A stretch of DNA of 64,000 nt. Source: Eledone cirrhosa. Taxonomy: Eukaryota. The first letter of the stretch is position 1, and each line of letters begins with the position of its first letter. Positions 41,851-59,372 of this stretch are shown here, piece by piece. A program made the translations under genes and the position numbers. The stretch lies in contig OZ024742.1 in NCBI GenBank assembly GCA_964016885.1, forward strand, positions 329,158,001-329,222,000, written 5' to 3'. The notes below the pieces were generated by a model. It was not told where the DNA came from and did not search any database. It was given only the letters and a program-made list of their open reading frames with translations.

Positions 41851-42604
41851 ATATATATATTTAATACATTAACAGAGAAAGCTTGAAGAAATACTCCGAC
41901 GGACTTCCGTCTCACCCAACAAACATTAGGATATACCTTAGTATTATCCCAATTATACGTTTGGCGTGCTAACTATACGTATTTTGCGGATAGCCGGTTG
42001 TATAATTTTATAAGAGACACAATTAAATACATCCCTCTTTCCAAACGATCGTTTCATTATAAGTTTTCTACAATTGGGGAAAAAAATGTCCAGGTTATGT
42101 AGAAGCCTACACATAGTCCATAGGAATATATGCAGGTGGGCACTTATAAATCATCAGTGGATGCCCAACAATATCGATATAAAAAAAACTCTACCGATAT
42201 TAACATTCAGCGATGGTACTCGTCAGTGTTAGAGTGGCCGCCAAAATTGAAATTCGAGCAGTCTCACAAAGAGAAATCTCACACCGTCACCGAGCGGGAA
42301 GGAGAGGTCATCGTAAAACATAAAAGGATACAATAATATGCACGCAGGTCAATTATTTCCGCCAATAATTTTAACCATGCGTGAAGTACTCAATTGGATA
42401 TACAAAAATCAAAATAAGCATGTATTATTTATACACGCATATAGGTATTTTCTCAGGCTAAAAACAGAGACAAGATACTGGAAAAACAATCACTATTTCA
42501 TACAAAGAGTAAATAAAGGAAGTCAAACCTAAATATATATATATATACAATATAATATATGCGCCTCCATATATATATATATACAATATAATATATGCGC
42601 CTCC

Positions 42605-42651
<47 letters not shown>

Positions 42652-42660
42652 ATATATATA

Positions 42661-42918
42661 TGACCTTGACCGACCAGTCTGTCGGGCGACATACGGCGCT
42701 GCAGGTCACAGCACGTCGTGCTTTTTAGCCATAAGATAACGCGATCACACTGGCTGGGCGGGCAGGCAGGTAATAATTTCTACAGCTGAGTAAACTGGAG
42801 CAACGTGAAATAAAGTGTCTTGCTCAAGGAAACAACACATCACCCGGTCCGTGAATTGAACTCCCAACCTTTCGATTGCAAGTCCAATACTCTAACCAAT
42901 AACCCATGCGTCTTCACC
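42661..42918 (-). mobile_element. tRNA-derived SINE, family 2 head with a different 3' half
   Basis: Minus strand ggttattggttagag...gagttcaattcacggacc...ccttgagcaagacactttatttcacgttgctccagtttactcagctg. Confidence 0.8.
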
Positions 42919-42921
42919 CAC

Positions 42922-43077
<156 letters not shown>

Positions 43078-43201
43078 GTAGGAGGTGAGTTTTATTGTAG
43101 TACAATAAAGCAATGCAGATATCGGATAAGAAGCACTCTACAGTTTGTAGGACTGGAGTATACATAATATAAGATCAAAAGATGGTTAAAGGAGTTCCGT
43201 G

Positions 43202-43270
43202 TATTTTATTATGCGCATTTCAAAAACAAACATCATCATGCAATAATATTTGTGTTTTCATCAGATAAAA
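43202..43270 (-). ncRNA. Type I hammerhead ribozyme, family F (PLE 3' pLTR)
   Basis: ttttat-CTGATGA-aaaca...tgtttt t-GAAA-TGCGCA-TA-ataaaa; palindromic loop III. Confidence 0.85.
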
Positions 43271-44331
43271 CAGGAGAACATGATATGAAGGCTAAAAAAC
43301 ACTTGTGGATAGTGCAGTTTTAAATCAACATATGAAAAGTGGTTTTAGATTGATGTGTGATATTGGGAAAAATATTTTATTTAGAGAGGGGGAGGGGTGG
43401 AAAGGATGAAAAAGGGGAGGAGATGAGAGGGAGAGATGGGTGATAGAGAGAAAGAGATAGTTTTTATAACTGAGAGAAGATATATTGTTTTACATAGAGA
43501 GGTTGAAAACCGTTGGAAGATAATGTACAAATTAAAAGAATTTGAAAATTAACGAAGGGAAAGATATGTACGAGGAAAAAATATTTTATTTAGGGAGGGG
43601 GGTGGAAAGGATGAAAAAAAGGGGCAGGAGATGAGAGTGAAGGTGGAGAGGGAGAGATGGGTGATAGAGAGAAAGAGATAGTTTTTATAACTGAGAAAAG
43701 ATATATTGTTTTACATAGAGAGGTTGAGAACCGTTGGAAGATAATGTATAAATTAAAAGAATTTGAAAATTAACGAAGGGAAAAATATTTACGAGGAAAG
43801 AGAGGGAGTTTATGTATGAAGATAGAGAGGAAAAATAATAATTGTGGATGAATATTCTAACGTCAAAAAGGTGTATGATGATAAGTATTGTGGCAATTTC
43901 AAAATTAACGAAGAGAAAAAATTATTAAGGTTTGTGTGTAGAAGGATTTGAGAAAAATAATGTGAAGTTAAAGTTTGTATATTGAAGGAATTGATAATAT
44001 GTGCGAAGAAAGAGTTAATATGTATTAAGAATGAGTTCGTTGATGGGGAGAAAAAAATAATAAATTAAGGATGAAATTGAGATTAAACAGTTTTTATGAT
44101 AGAGAGAAAAATTAATAGTAATTGCGGATGAATATTCTAACGTCAAAAAAAGACAAATGTATATGTTATGAAGGATTTTACAAGGTGAAGATAGAAAGAG
44201 GGTAATGAGTAAACAAGTATTATAGAGTGTATAATGCCCTTTGGAGTAAGGTAGGAAGATGGGTATATTTTAAAGAGGTGTATGTGTATGTGCCTTTGAG
44301 AAAAGATTCTAAATTGATAAAGAATTGAATA

Positions 44332-46463
44332 TTAACTGTATACTTTGTGAAAAGTCCTATGGAATGTATGCAGGCAGATAGAAAACAAATCTGTACGTCT
44401 ATTTATTATAGAATCTAGATTAGAGATAATGGTAAATTTTTCATTTAGGCAGAGATTACAGATTTTAGATAGAGAGCTGTTCAAGTATGAGGATGCAGAA
44501 GAAACCTTCTTCCAAAAGATGGTATATTTAATGTTTTTGTCTTTCAAGGACCATATGAGTTCTGAGAGAGCCGTGTTGGTTCTTTTAAGTTTGTATTTGA
44601 AAGATGAAGGGTGATTATAGAGACGAGCTTTAAAAGAGGTGGAAGTGGAGCCAAAATAGGTGAAGGAATTGGTGCTAGTTATAACTTTACATTCATAAAT
44701 TAAGTTTTTATCGAGACAATGGTTGTTGAGAGGACATTTATTTTTAATGCGGCAGTTGCAATTAGAGAGATTATTAATGAGTGACCTAGTGTTATCTATA
44801 GAAGGAATTGGATTGGAGAAGTTGTTTGCGATAGGAATAATAGGAATAATAGTTTCTTGATTTAGAGTTGGATTATGAACATTTAGCGAAGTTGTGTTTG
44901 ACGTTGTATTTGGGTTTACAGAAGTTAGCCTAGGGTTTACAATGACGTCGGGAGTACTATTACTGTTATTATGAAATTCAATGTTGGAAGGAAGAGATTT
45001 AGTATTTAGTATTTTATTGTTGTGTTTAGAGATGATGTTGGAAATATTGGAGGATGTAGAATAAGAAAATTTGATGGTGTGTTTGTTAAATATTTTACTA
45101 TAGATATGTGAGGGAGGGAAGCATTTATTTAAGGCACTAAAAATAATTTAGGAATATTGTTATTAATAGAGATGGAGAAAGGAGCATTATACCAGATTAT
45201 GTTTTTGTATCTAGGTCTTTTATTAAAATTATTGGAATGATCATGATTAATTATTCTACTGTAAGTTTTTCTAGAATTTGTTTCGTTACTATATTTGATT
45301 TTATCTGGATAGCCGACTTTAGAAAGTGCGTTATTATAGTAATTGGCGTTAGCATCAAAGATGTTTTTCTCAGAAGATATGTTAGATATTCTTTTTCCAA
45401 TATTACTAACTATAGCATTCTTGATATTGGTAGGATGGTTAGATTTAAAGTTAACATAATTTAGGTTCTCATTGTTTTTATGGTAAGGGTAATATAGGCC
45501 AGTGTCAAGATTAAGAGATACATCCAAGAAATTAGCTAGTTTGATACTATTATCAAATTCAATTTTTAGGTTATGTTGGTTAAAGAGATTACGTATATTG
45601 TTCTTAATAATATTAAGGTTAACTATATTGCAATTTAAGATAGTAAAGAGTCCATCGTCACGATAAATTCCACCGCGAAGTTGAGGAATTTTCCGACTCA
45701 AAGAGTTCAAAATAAAGATACCAATTAAATCAGTCAATTGGGATGAATCGGATGCTCCCATTGTGATGTCGAAGTTGTTAGAGGTATCGGCTCTGGTCCA
45801 ATATTCGTTGTTGAACTCTAGGATGGTTTTACGTGCGGTGAGGATGATGTGAAGTTCATCTGTGGTGATGTCAGAATATTTAAGTGCGAAAGATAGAGCA
45901 TTATTGAGAAGTGAAGGCGAAATGGAGGAATAGTAGCTGGCAATATCAAATTGAATAAATTTTAGTTTGTTTTTATTATCCAATTTGTTGAACCAGCCAA
46001 TCACTTCAGAAGTACCAAACCATAAATTTAGGTTCAAAGAAGAGCAATTAGAACTAACCTGTGGGATGATTCTATCCAAGATGGCTTTACTAACAACCCC
46101 CAGATCAGATTTAGAGGGGGCGATTAATCTAACAGGTAGTTCAGTGCGAAAATTGTTTTTGTGATCCTTGAGATTTATCCTCGGAGTTCTTGGGAGGAAT
46201 GGTTCGGGTTTTTTTTCAATGCCAAGTTTTGACATAATCTCAGAGGCTTCAAGGTTTATGTATTCTAAATTTTCATGGTTGGTTTTGCGATACTTTTTCC
46301 TAAGTTCCTTAAGGATAAGGTTGTTATAATTATCCTTGGAAATACCATATAAGTTATTGGTTTTGTCAGAGTGGACTAAAACACTTTTTGAGGAATTTAG
46401 GTTAGAAATTGTGTTCTTGAGATTTACAAGGTGCTCTTGTCCTTTGTAAGGGTATCTCTTGAA

Positions 46464-46466
<3 letters not shown>
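44332..46466 (-). pseudogene. PLE RT-GIY-YIG ORF, single frameshift near 45140, N-terminus missing
   Basis: ORF 45129-46556 (its first ~30 aa are microsatellite/flank) continues in another open frame NKCFPPSH...HKVYS* to 44332. Confidence 0.85.
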
Positions 46467-46500
<34 letters not shown>

Positions 46501-46629
46501 ACAGTTCTATTTAAAATTGTTGGGATACAACAAGTAAATATTTTTATAACTGACATAAAGCACTAGACAAGTATTTGGAGTACATATACGATATTAATAA
46601 ATGGAAACTATATTTATAAAACCATATCT

Positions 46630-46692
46630 ATTTCATTATACATATTTCAGGGATACCAAATTAAATTATGGTATGCCTTCATCAGACAAAAT
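46630..46692 (-). ncRNA. Type I hammerhead ribozyme, family E
   Basis: attttgt-CTGATGA-agg c atacca...tggtat c cct-GAAA-tatgta-TA-atgaaat. Confidence 0.85.
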
Positions 46693-47194
46693 ACAATATA
46701 TAACAGTTTTACAAATAAGCTTTGACGTACCCTTTTAAAATGCGACCATTATTTTTGGAAGCCTTCATATAAATTGTTAACTCAACTTAATATGACATGA
46801 CGTAAAGCTTTCATTATCTCCCCCTCTCTCTATATATTATTTCTCTCTCTTGAGTCTTTCTATCTGTCTGATGATTTGATATCTCTCTGTTGCTTTCTTC
46901 TGTTTTTCTTATTTCTTCCTTTTTCTTTTTTCTTTCTTTCCTCCTGTCTTTATTTATCTCTTCCTTTTTTCTCCATGCATTTCTCTCTCTCCGATATTTC
47001 TCCACGTTTTTTTCTTTTTCTTTTTTCTCTCTCCCCGTCTTTTTTTCTTTCTCTCCGTCTTTTTCTAATTGTCCTTAACACTAAGACTTATTACAAATAA
47101 TATAAATAATTCACTATCCAGATGGCTTCCAAAAATAATGGTGGCCTTTTAAAAGCGTACGTCAAAGCTCATTTGTAAAACTGTTATATATTGT

Positions 47195-47256
47195 ATTTAG
47201 TCTGATGAAGGCAACCATAATTTAATTTGGTATCCCTGAAATATGTATAATGAATT
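47195..47256 (+). ncRNA. Type I hammerhead ribozyme, family E
   Basis: CTGATGA 47202-47208, stem II agg..acca/tggt..cct, GAAA 47238-47241; stem I partly decayed. Confidence 0.75.
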
Positions 47257-47266
47257 AGATATGGTT

Positions 47267-47295
47267 TTATAAATATAGTTTCCATTTATTAATAT

Positions 47296-47364
<69 letters not shown>

Positions 47365-47365
47365 G

Positions 47366-47440
<75 letters not shown>

Positions 47441-50400
47441 CGGGTAAAATTCCCGAGATCCATGGACGAGTTCTCTCCAGCGGTCTCTGTCCCTCATTAT
47501 CGCTGCCATATCCTGCATCTCCAACAGACCAGTGTCTGTCCTTAGGGCATCAACATATGTTAACCTTGGTCTTCCTCTTCTAGTGTGTCCATGTAGGGGC
47601 TCCCAAAGGAGCACTGAGTGCAATGTCAACTCTGGATGTCGGTGAGTATGTCCAGCCAACCTCAGTCTTCTCTGTGTCACTTTTGAGCTGACTTTTGGGA
47701 TGCTCCCATACAGCTCTGAGTTTTTCATCCTCAGTGTATACTGATTAATGTTCAGAGCCATCCTCAGCATTCTCGTGTAGCACCCTTCCACCATCTGAGT
47801 GAGTCTCTTGGTCAGTGTCCAAGTCTCAGACCCACACAGCAGCACAGACTCCACTACAGCAATGAAGAGGCGGATTTTCAGGTCTCTACGAAGGTCCGAC
47901 TTCCACACCGATCTCAAGCTGTGACACGCCGCCCAGGCCTTGCTCTTCCTCTCAACCACATCATCTTCCGTATTCCCAATCTTTGCTCCCAAATACAGGA
48001 AGTCCTCAACCAATTCCAGCGGCTTCCCGCCTACATTAGTGATCCCCTCTGGCTTCTCAACATTCTCTACCAGATATTTTGTTTTAGTCTCATTCATTCT
48101 CAGCCCCACACTCATCGACACAGTCTCAACCTCCCGTATCAAATCCTCTGCCTCCTTCACTGTATGTGTCACCAAAACTATGTCATCGGCAAATTCAGCA
48201 TCCGAAACCTTTTTCGCCCCAACTCTCCTGCTCTGAGCCGGTGCTACAGTAAAGCCAGAGTCCTGGTGTTTCTCCAGTGCAAGGCGCATACAATAGTCCA
48301 CTACAATGATAAAAAGGTAGGGAGCCAATGTATCTCCCTGGAGCACTCCAGCCAGTATCTCAAAGAACTCTGTCATCCCATCAGGTGTAATGACTTGGGC
48401 TTTGGTGTTGGTGTAGAGCAGTGATATCAGGTCCACTATCCTCTTGGGGATTCCATAAGCCTGTAAGATCTTCATCAGGCAGTAACAGTCCACAGAATCA
48501 AAGGCCTTCCCAAAGTCAATGAAAACCATGACCGCAGGAAGGCACTTTGCTCTAGCTCCCTCTAATATCCTCATCAGCATCAGGATGTGACTGGTGGTTG
48601 ATCTACCCTCTCTGAAGCCGTTCTGGTTGTCCCTGAGCTTCTTCTCCATCTCAGGCTGGATCCTGTTAAGAATCATCCTGTTGAGGGTCTTTGCCACAAG
48701 TGACGTCAGTGAGATCCCCCGGTAGTTGTTGGTGTTAGAGAGATCTCCCTTCTTTGGCACTGGGACGATGTTACTGATCCTCCACTGATTCGGGGCAACT
48801 CCTTTCTCCAGTGCCCCGTTACAGAACCCCAGGATGATATCATCAAAATCACACCTCTTCATCACCTCTGAGGCCACTCCATCCTCTCCATGAGCCTTGC
48901 CCTCCTTGATCTTCTTCTTGGCTCTCTGAAGCTCCCCTCTGGTGAAGGGCTCTGTCTCAACATCCAGTTCCTCAAACAGCCGCCTGATCTCCCCAGTGCT
49001 CTGGGCTGTGGAGGGTGGCTCTCCTAGTAGGGTCCTAAAATGGTCTAGCCATTTCCTCTTCCTATCCTCGGGCCCCATTCCCTGGATCTGACTCGAACAC
49101 CTTTTCTTCCTCCCTGTGATCTCGTTGATGATCATCCAGCTCTCCTTACATCCAGATCTGTCAACCGCTCTCTCCACACTTCTGATCTTCTCTATCAGTG
49201 CCTCCTCTCTGACCTCAGTGTAAGCGGTACAGAGCTCTTCCCTCATCACCTCCACAGTCTCCATCCTCTCCTCCGTAGGATCAGCATAGAATTGGTCCCT
49301 GGCAGCTTTCAGGTGTTCTCTGGCTGCACACACTTTTGGGTTTGCAGAGCTGACGTGCTTCTCTTTGTTCTTTTTCGTCGGCACCAGGGTTTCACTTGCT
49401 TTCGCCACTGCATTGGTGAAGTGCCCGTACCTCCTCGTCACACTCTCCTCAGTCCATCCAATCTCTCTCTCCTCTGACTCTCCACACAGAGCACTAAACC
49501 TGTTTCTCACTTCCAATGTGAACCTCTCCTGTAGCTTATCATCTTCCTTGAAAGCTCCCCAGTCATAGATTGTTCTCCGGGGCTGAGCCTTGCTCTTTCT
49601 TAAGCTCACGCGGACCTCACTCATAACAAGCCGGTGGTCACTACCCAGTGTACTGAAATAGCTGTATGGTTCCGTGTTCAGAACACTATTCCGCCACATT
49701 TTCCTCACCAGAATGAAATCAATCTGGGACTTGGACAGGTGCATATCTGAGATGTAGGTCCACATCTTCCCCAGATTCTTCCTAAACCCCAGGTTGGTCG
49801 CCATCAAGTTCGCCTCCAGCAGGGTGTCTCTCAGTAGTCTTCCATTTCGGTTGGTGTTGTCATGGAAGTACCAGCAAGGGTCTTCACTGCCCTCCTTACT
49901 CAGATGTGCATTGAAGTCCCCCAAAACAAGCAGGATATTGTGTGCCTGAGTGGTGTTGACAGCTCTACACACCTCCTCATGGAACACCTCGGCATTCACA
50001 TCACAGTCCCCCTCGGTTGGACTATAGGCTGAGATGACTGTCAGTCTTGGGTTTCCATTGAAGGTCACCCTCAACACTCGCGGGGAGATAGGCATTATTT
50101 CCCTCACCAACAGATTGGTTTTTGCACTGAACACAAAACCCACTCCTCCTACTGCAGCATTCGTTGTGTTCTTCACTGCCGATGTAGTGATGAGCAGGCT
50201 CTTCCTCCCGATCATCACACTCCTCACGGGCTCATCGTGTAGAATCCTGTGTTCTTGGATCGCAAGTATCTGTATACCACTCTCCTCGAACAGATGTCCC
50301 AACTCCTCTCTCTTCTCCAGCGTTCGAATAGTCCTCACATTCAAAGTGCCCATTTTGATGGCTCTTCTGCAGGACAAAACTGCATTCTTTATATTTGTCT

Positions 50401-50569
50401 CAGAGACAGCTGATCCATCATCCACTGGCCCTCTCTGTGGCTCTAAGCCAGCAGAGTCATAACGACCAGGCTGCTCATTGACAGTGTAATTAGGGGCTCT
50501 AACCCTTGTGCTGTTAGATCGACTCTCCATATTTCTTTTCAATGGCTGACAATACCTTACCGGCGCCAC
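47267..50569 (-). CDS. RTE LINE ORF: AP endonuclease + reverse transcriptase (homology ends ~47438; first ATG at 50530)
   Basis: [39 protein letters not shown]; [69 protein letters not shown]; uninterrupted. Confidence 0.93.
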
Positions 50570-50742
50570 ACGAATAAGGTAGTTATTTAACCCATAAATG
50601 GAGCCCTAACAGTACTACCACCCTGGGCCGGGGCAGACCTGGGAGTCATGACAACTAAGGGGTAACACCACATTCCCCACATCTCCTGAACTCCCGAACT
50701 GGAGCCTTGCCACTGGATGTAGTTTAATGTCATACCCAGGAC
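47437..50742 (-). mobile_element. Near full-length RTE-clade LINE inserted in (TA)n
   Basis: 3.3 kb, higher GC than flanks, single ORF, ~200-nt 5' UTR, (TA)n on both sides. Confidence 0.95.
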
Positions 50743-50747
50743 ATATA

Positions 50748-50820
<73 letters not shown>

Positions 50821-50822
<2 letters not shown>

Positions 50823-50978
50823 AAGGCGGGTAAAATTCCCGAGATCCATGGACGAGTTCTCTCCAGCGGTCTCTGTCCCTCATTATCGCTGCCATATCCT
50901 GCATTTCCAACAGACCAGTGTCTGTCCTTAGGGCATCAACATATGTTAACCTTGGTCTTCCTCTTCTAGTGTGTCCAT
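50821..50978 (-). mobile_element. 5'-truncated 3' fragment of the same RTE
   Basis: Nearly identical to 47437-47592; ends ...EFYPP-TAG. Confidence 0.95.
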
Positions 50979-51002
50979 ATATATATATGTCGTTTCTGAA
51001 TT

Positions 51003-51362
51003 TGTTTAGCACACACATAGAACACACACATAGAACAAACAACCAACTAGCAACTTGTAATAAACAAATAAATAAACAAATAAATAAACAAATATAAACA
51101 CACACTGATACCCGGATGTAACACATGCGCAAACTAAGGACAGAACAAAAACAAAGAAAAAAATCCCCAGTCACTGAAGACGTCACATAATGCGTGACGA
51201 AAGAACTTTGACAATATATGAACAATCGTCTGGTTGTAGAACCAACCAACCAACCAATTTATAAATTCCTAAAATTAAAAATTTAATTGATAATAAATTG
51301 AAGTGAAAGCGACTGGTGCGTGTGTTTCTTATTGGCAACATGACCGTCCCAAAGCATAACCA
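51003..51362 (+). mobile_element. 3' UTR/pLTR fragment of the Neptune-like PLE with family A HHR (~51170-51212)
   Basis: Matches 3365-3757; gtca-CTGAAGA-cgtcac...gtgac-GAAA-gaac-TT-tgac. Confidence 0.88.
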
Positions 51363-51381
51363 TTTATATATATGTGTATAC

Positions 51382-55360
<3,979 letters not shown>

Positions 55361-55423
55361 CAGATGTAGGAGGTTAGTTTTATTGTAGTACAATAAAGCA
55401 ATGTATATATCGGATAAATAGTA

Positions 55424-56278
<855 letters not shown>

Positions 56279-56441
56279 TGGCTAATGGTCAACCTCCTTC
56301 GGACATGCGCTTCCGCAGACCGGTGGGTGTGAATTGGTACTCACAACGAAACGGATCAAAAACCCCAAAACACGCAATTCATCCGTTCCCATGTCGATTC
56401 AATTTGGATTGCCTCGGAAACATAACCTTATTATGTAGGAA

Positions 56442-56515
56442 GCTATCTGATGATGACACGACACTCGCACACAGAACAGTGTGGCCAGTGTAGTCATTGA
56501 AATATATATCACAGC
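56442..56515 (+). ncRNA. Type I hammerhead ribozyme with long stem II, family G (in PLE pLTR fragment 56277-56645)
   Basis: gctat-CTGATGA-tgac..acact..cacac/gtgtg..agtgt.gtca tt-GAAA-TATATA-TC-acagc. Confidence 0.8.
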
Positions 56516-56668
56516 ATTATTATTAAAGGACTTGAACATCTGAAACTACTTCGCTTTTCCTTATTCGATATTTACTCCGTCACACCTCTGTGGAAAAAGT
56601 ACGTTGAGTGCTTGAGTGGAATTGCATCAATATTTACCCTAATAATATATATATATATATATATATAT

Positions 56669-57135
56669 AACGTACTTTTTCCATATAGGAGTGACGGAGT
56701 AAATATCGAATAATTACCCCCCTCTCTCGTCTACACCGCTCTCACCCGCGCCCGTGCTGTGCCCCGCTCCACCACCGTCACCCCACGCCACCGCACACTC
56801 ACCCACCGTCTCCCCTTCCCCATCACCTACCACCCCTCCACCTTACCCCTCCACCGCACCATCCGCCGCCTCTTCCGACGCCTCCAGTCCAACCCCTCCA
56901 CCTCCCACAGATCCCCCCCATCCTTCAAATGCGCACGCAATCTCCGCACCCTCCACGTCCACAGCTCCCTACCCCCCAACCCACGCTCTGTTCCCCCCTG
57001 GTTCCTTTCCCTGTTCTAGGCCCCGCTGCAATACCTGTCCCCACATCACCAACACCACCACCTTCCAGTGTCCCAACGGCCACTCTCTCTCGGTCCGGCA
57101 TGCCTTCCGCTGCACCTCCTCCAACCTAGTCTACG
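56669..57135 (+). mobile_element. PLE fragment: short inverted pLTR piece plus C-rich linker/Zn-finger region of the ORF
   Basis: LPFPITYHP...RNLRTLHVHSSLP / PGSFPCSRPRCNTC...FRCTSSNLVY; 56669-56713 is the reverse complement of 56561-56605. Confidence 0.8.
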
Positions 57136-57738
57136 GATTTCGCACACAACCCCCTAAACAATGAGGCCTTTGACACCATCCTCCAGAACATCCCTGTATT
57201 GGAAAAGGGCCATAGAATGATCCAAATTCTACGAACACACGATATCATAAAGAGCAAAAGACAATCCAAGTCAATGAAAAACATCTTAACACATGCCAAA
57301 GTACTGCCAACCACAACAACGAAACCCACAGTAAAAAAATGCGATAGACCCAACTGTGGCATTTGCATCAACCTAATAGAGGGTTCGGAATTCTATTTCA
57401 AAGATGGACAACGTTTTATAGTAAAACACAATTTCATATGTGCATCGGAAAATCTAATATATGTATTAACTTGTTCAGGTTGTCGAGAACAATACATAGG
57501 CCAGACCAAAAACAGCCTCCGCCAACGCATGACTGTCCATAGATCCCAAATTAAAATACGGGAATACAGGAAAATACCACTGAGTGAACACATTGATACC
57601 TGTGCCGCCCAAAATCATCCCAACTTCAGAATCTTTCCCCTCTACAAATTTAAAGATAATGCCACCCACACCCAGCGCATCAGCAAGGAATCTTACTTCA
57701 TTAACAAATACGAACCCCGTCTGAACACTTCTCCCTAA
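57136..57738 (+). mobile_element. PLE GIY-YIG endonuclease C-terminal fragment (different family)
   Basis: KCDRPNCGIC...NLIYVLTCSGCREQYIGQT..LRQRMTVH...SEH...KESYFINKYEPRLN*. Confidence 0.9.
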
Positions 57739-58071
57739 GACGAACCCACAACATACACACGTCAACATACATACCTACATCAGCACACATCTCTACCCAC
57801 ATATAAACACAATGACATACGTAAACACACATGCTCTATGGTGCAACACAAAAAAATATATGTGCATATATATGTGTATATATATGTATATATGTATATA
57901 TATATATGTATATGTATATAGTGAATATATGTATGTGTGTATATATATATATAGTGAATATCATTTCACACCTTTTATTGTTAAGATTGTTGATGTTCTA
58001 TTAAGAGAACCGATTTTACTGAAAAAATCGAATAATGTACACCATTTTACCAGGGGGGAAAAAATACTGGT

Positions 58072-58109
<38 letters not shown>

Positions 58110-58190
58110 TTATCTCAATAGCCATTTGACACACATCACTGCTAACCATTATCACAACATCGAACACCTTACTACTACTACTACTACTAC

Positions 58191-58273
<83 letters not shown>

Positions 58274-58298
58274 TTGTTGTGAAAGAGTCATTTCTCAA

Positions 58299-58528
58299 TC
58301 TTGGCGCAAAACCAATTTTTTATTCACATGACCTCTACCGACCAATCAAAATTGTTTTGACCACAAGAATTGGTGCTGGAGCCACTTTTTTAACATAAAA
58401 ACAGTCTTGGCGCAAAATCAATTTTTACACTCACATGACCTCTACCGACCAATCAAAATTGTTTTGACCACAATAAATTTTGCAACAATAAAGTAACGCT
58501 GGAGCGACTTTTTTAACATAAAAACAGG
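58299..58528. repeat. Tandem duplication of ~106-124 bp
   Basis: tcttggcgcaaaa...cacatgacctctaccgaccaatcaaaattgttttgaccacaa...gctggagc...ttttttaacataaaaacag twice. Confidence 0.9.
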
Positions 58529-58745
58529 TAGAATTCCCAAAACTAATAAGATCAGAGCAAACAGCACGGACACTCTATCTCAAAATTATTTTTGAAAAGC
58601 ATATAGAAATGCGCAACCGGTAAAAACTTAAAAACTCAAAACCACAACTGAATACTAACCCATACAATCACTAATACTCTTTTATTCCTAATTAAACCAT
58701 TTTTCAACTGTGAACAATTTGTCAGTATTTTCTATTCCGTTTCCG

Positions 58746-58777
<32 letters not shown>

Positions 58778-58824
58778 TAATCTATTTCTCTAACCACTCA
58801 GCCACACGCCTCCACATAGTATAT

Positions 58825-59119
<295 letters not shown>

Positions 59120-59147
59120 TATATATTTATATGCGCATATATTATTT

Positions 59148-59372
59148 CGAGGCGTGTGGCTGAGTGGTTAGAGAAATAGATTAGCAATCCTGAGGTTGTG
59201 AGTTCGAATCCCGGACCAGGCGATGCGTTATATCCTTGAGCAACACAGTTTATTTCATGTTGCTCCTTTTACCTGGAGTTGCGATCGATAGAGAGTATTA
59301 GCAATTAGAAAGACCAATGGAAACATCGTTTCCTCGGTCCGATTTGACAAAACAAAGTCGATCGAATGGCGA
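59148..59372 (+). mobile_element. Family 2 SINE with the same 3' segment as 35022-35252
   Basis: ggcgtgtggctgagtggttagag, gagttcgaatccc, ccttgagcaa...tttatttcatgttgctcc. Confidence 0.85.

Larger units (their letters stand above)
46504..47297. mobile_element. Family E non-autonomous PLE-like element: inverted pLTR pair (46587-46763 / 47123-47297) with an ~85-bp tail on one side
   Basis: Arms are near-perfect reverse complements, each with an HHR; CT-rich non-coding spacer. Confidence 0.85.

Noticed and set aside
50570-50742. Possible HDV-like ribozyme in the RTE 5' UTR (known for some RTEs)
   Set aside because: GC-rich hairpins exist, but I could not assemble the nested double pseudoknot by eye.
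59148-59220. tRNA-like sequence with A and B boxes
   Set aside because: No proper acceptor stem; continues into a SINE body found in several copies.
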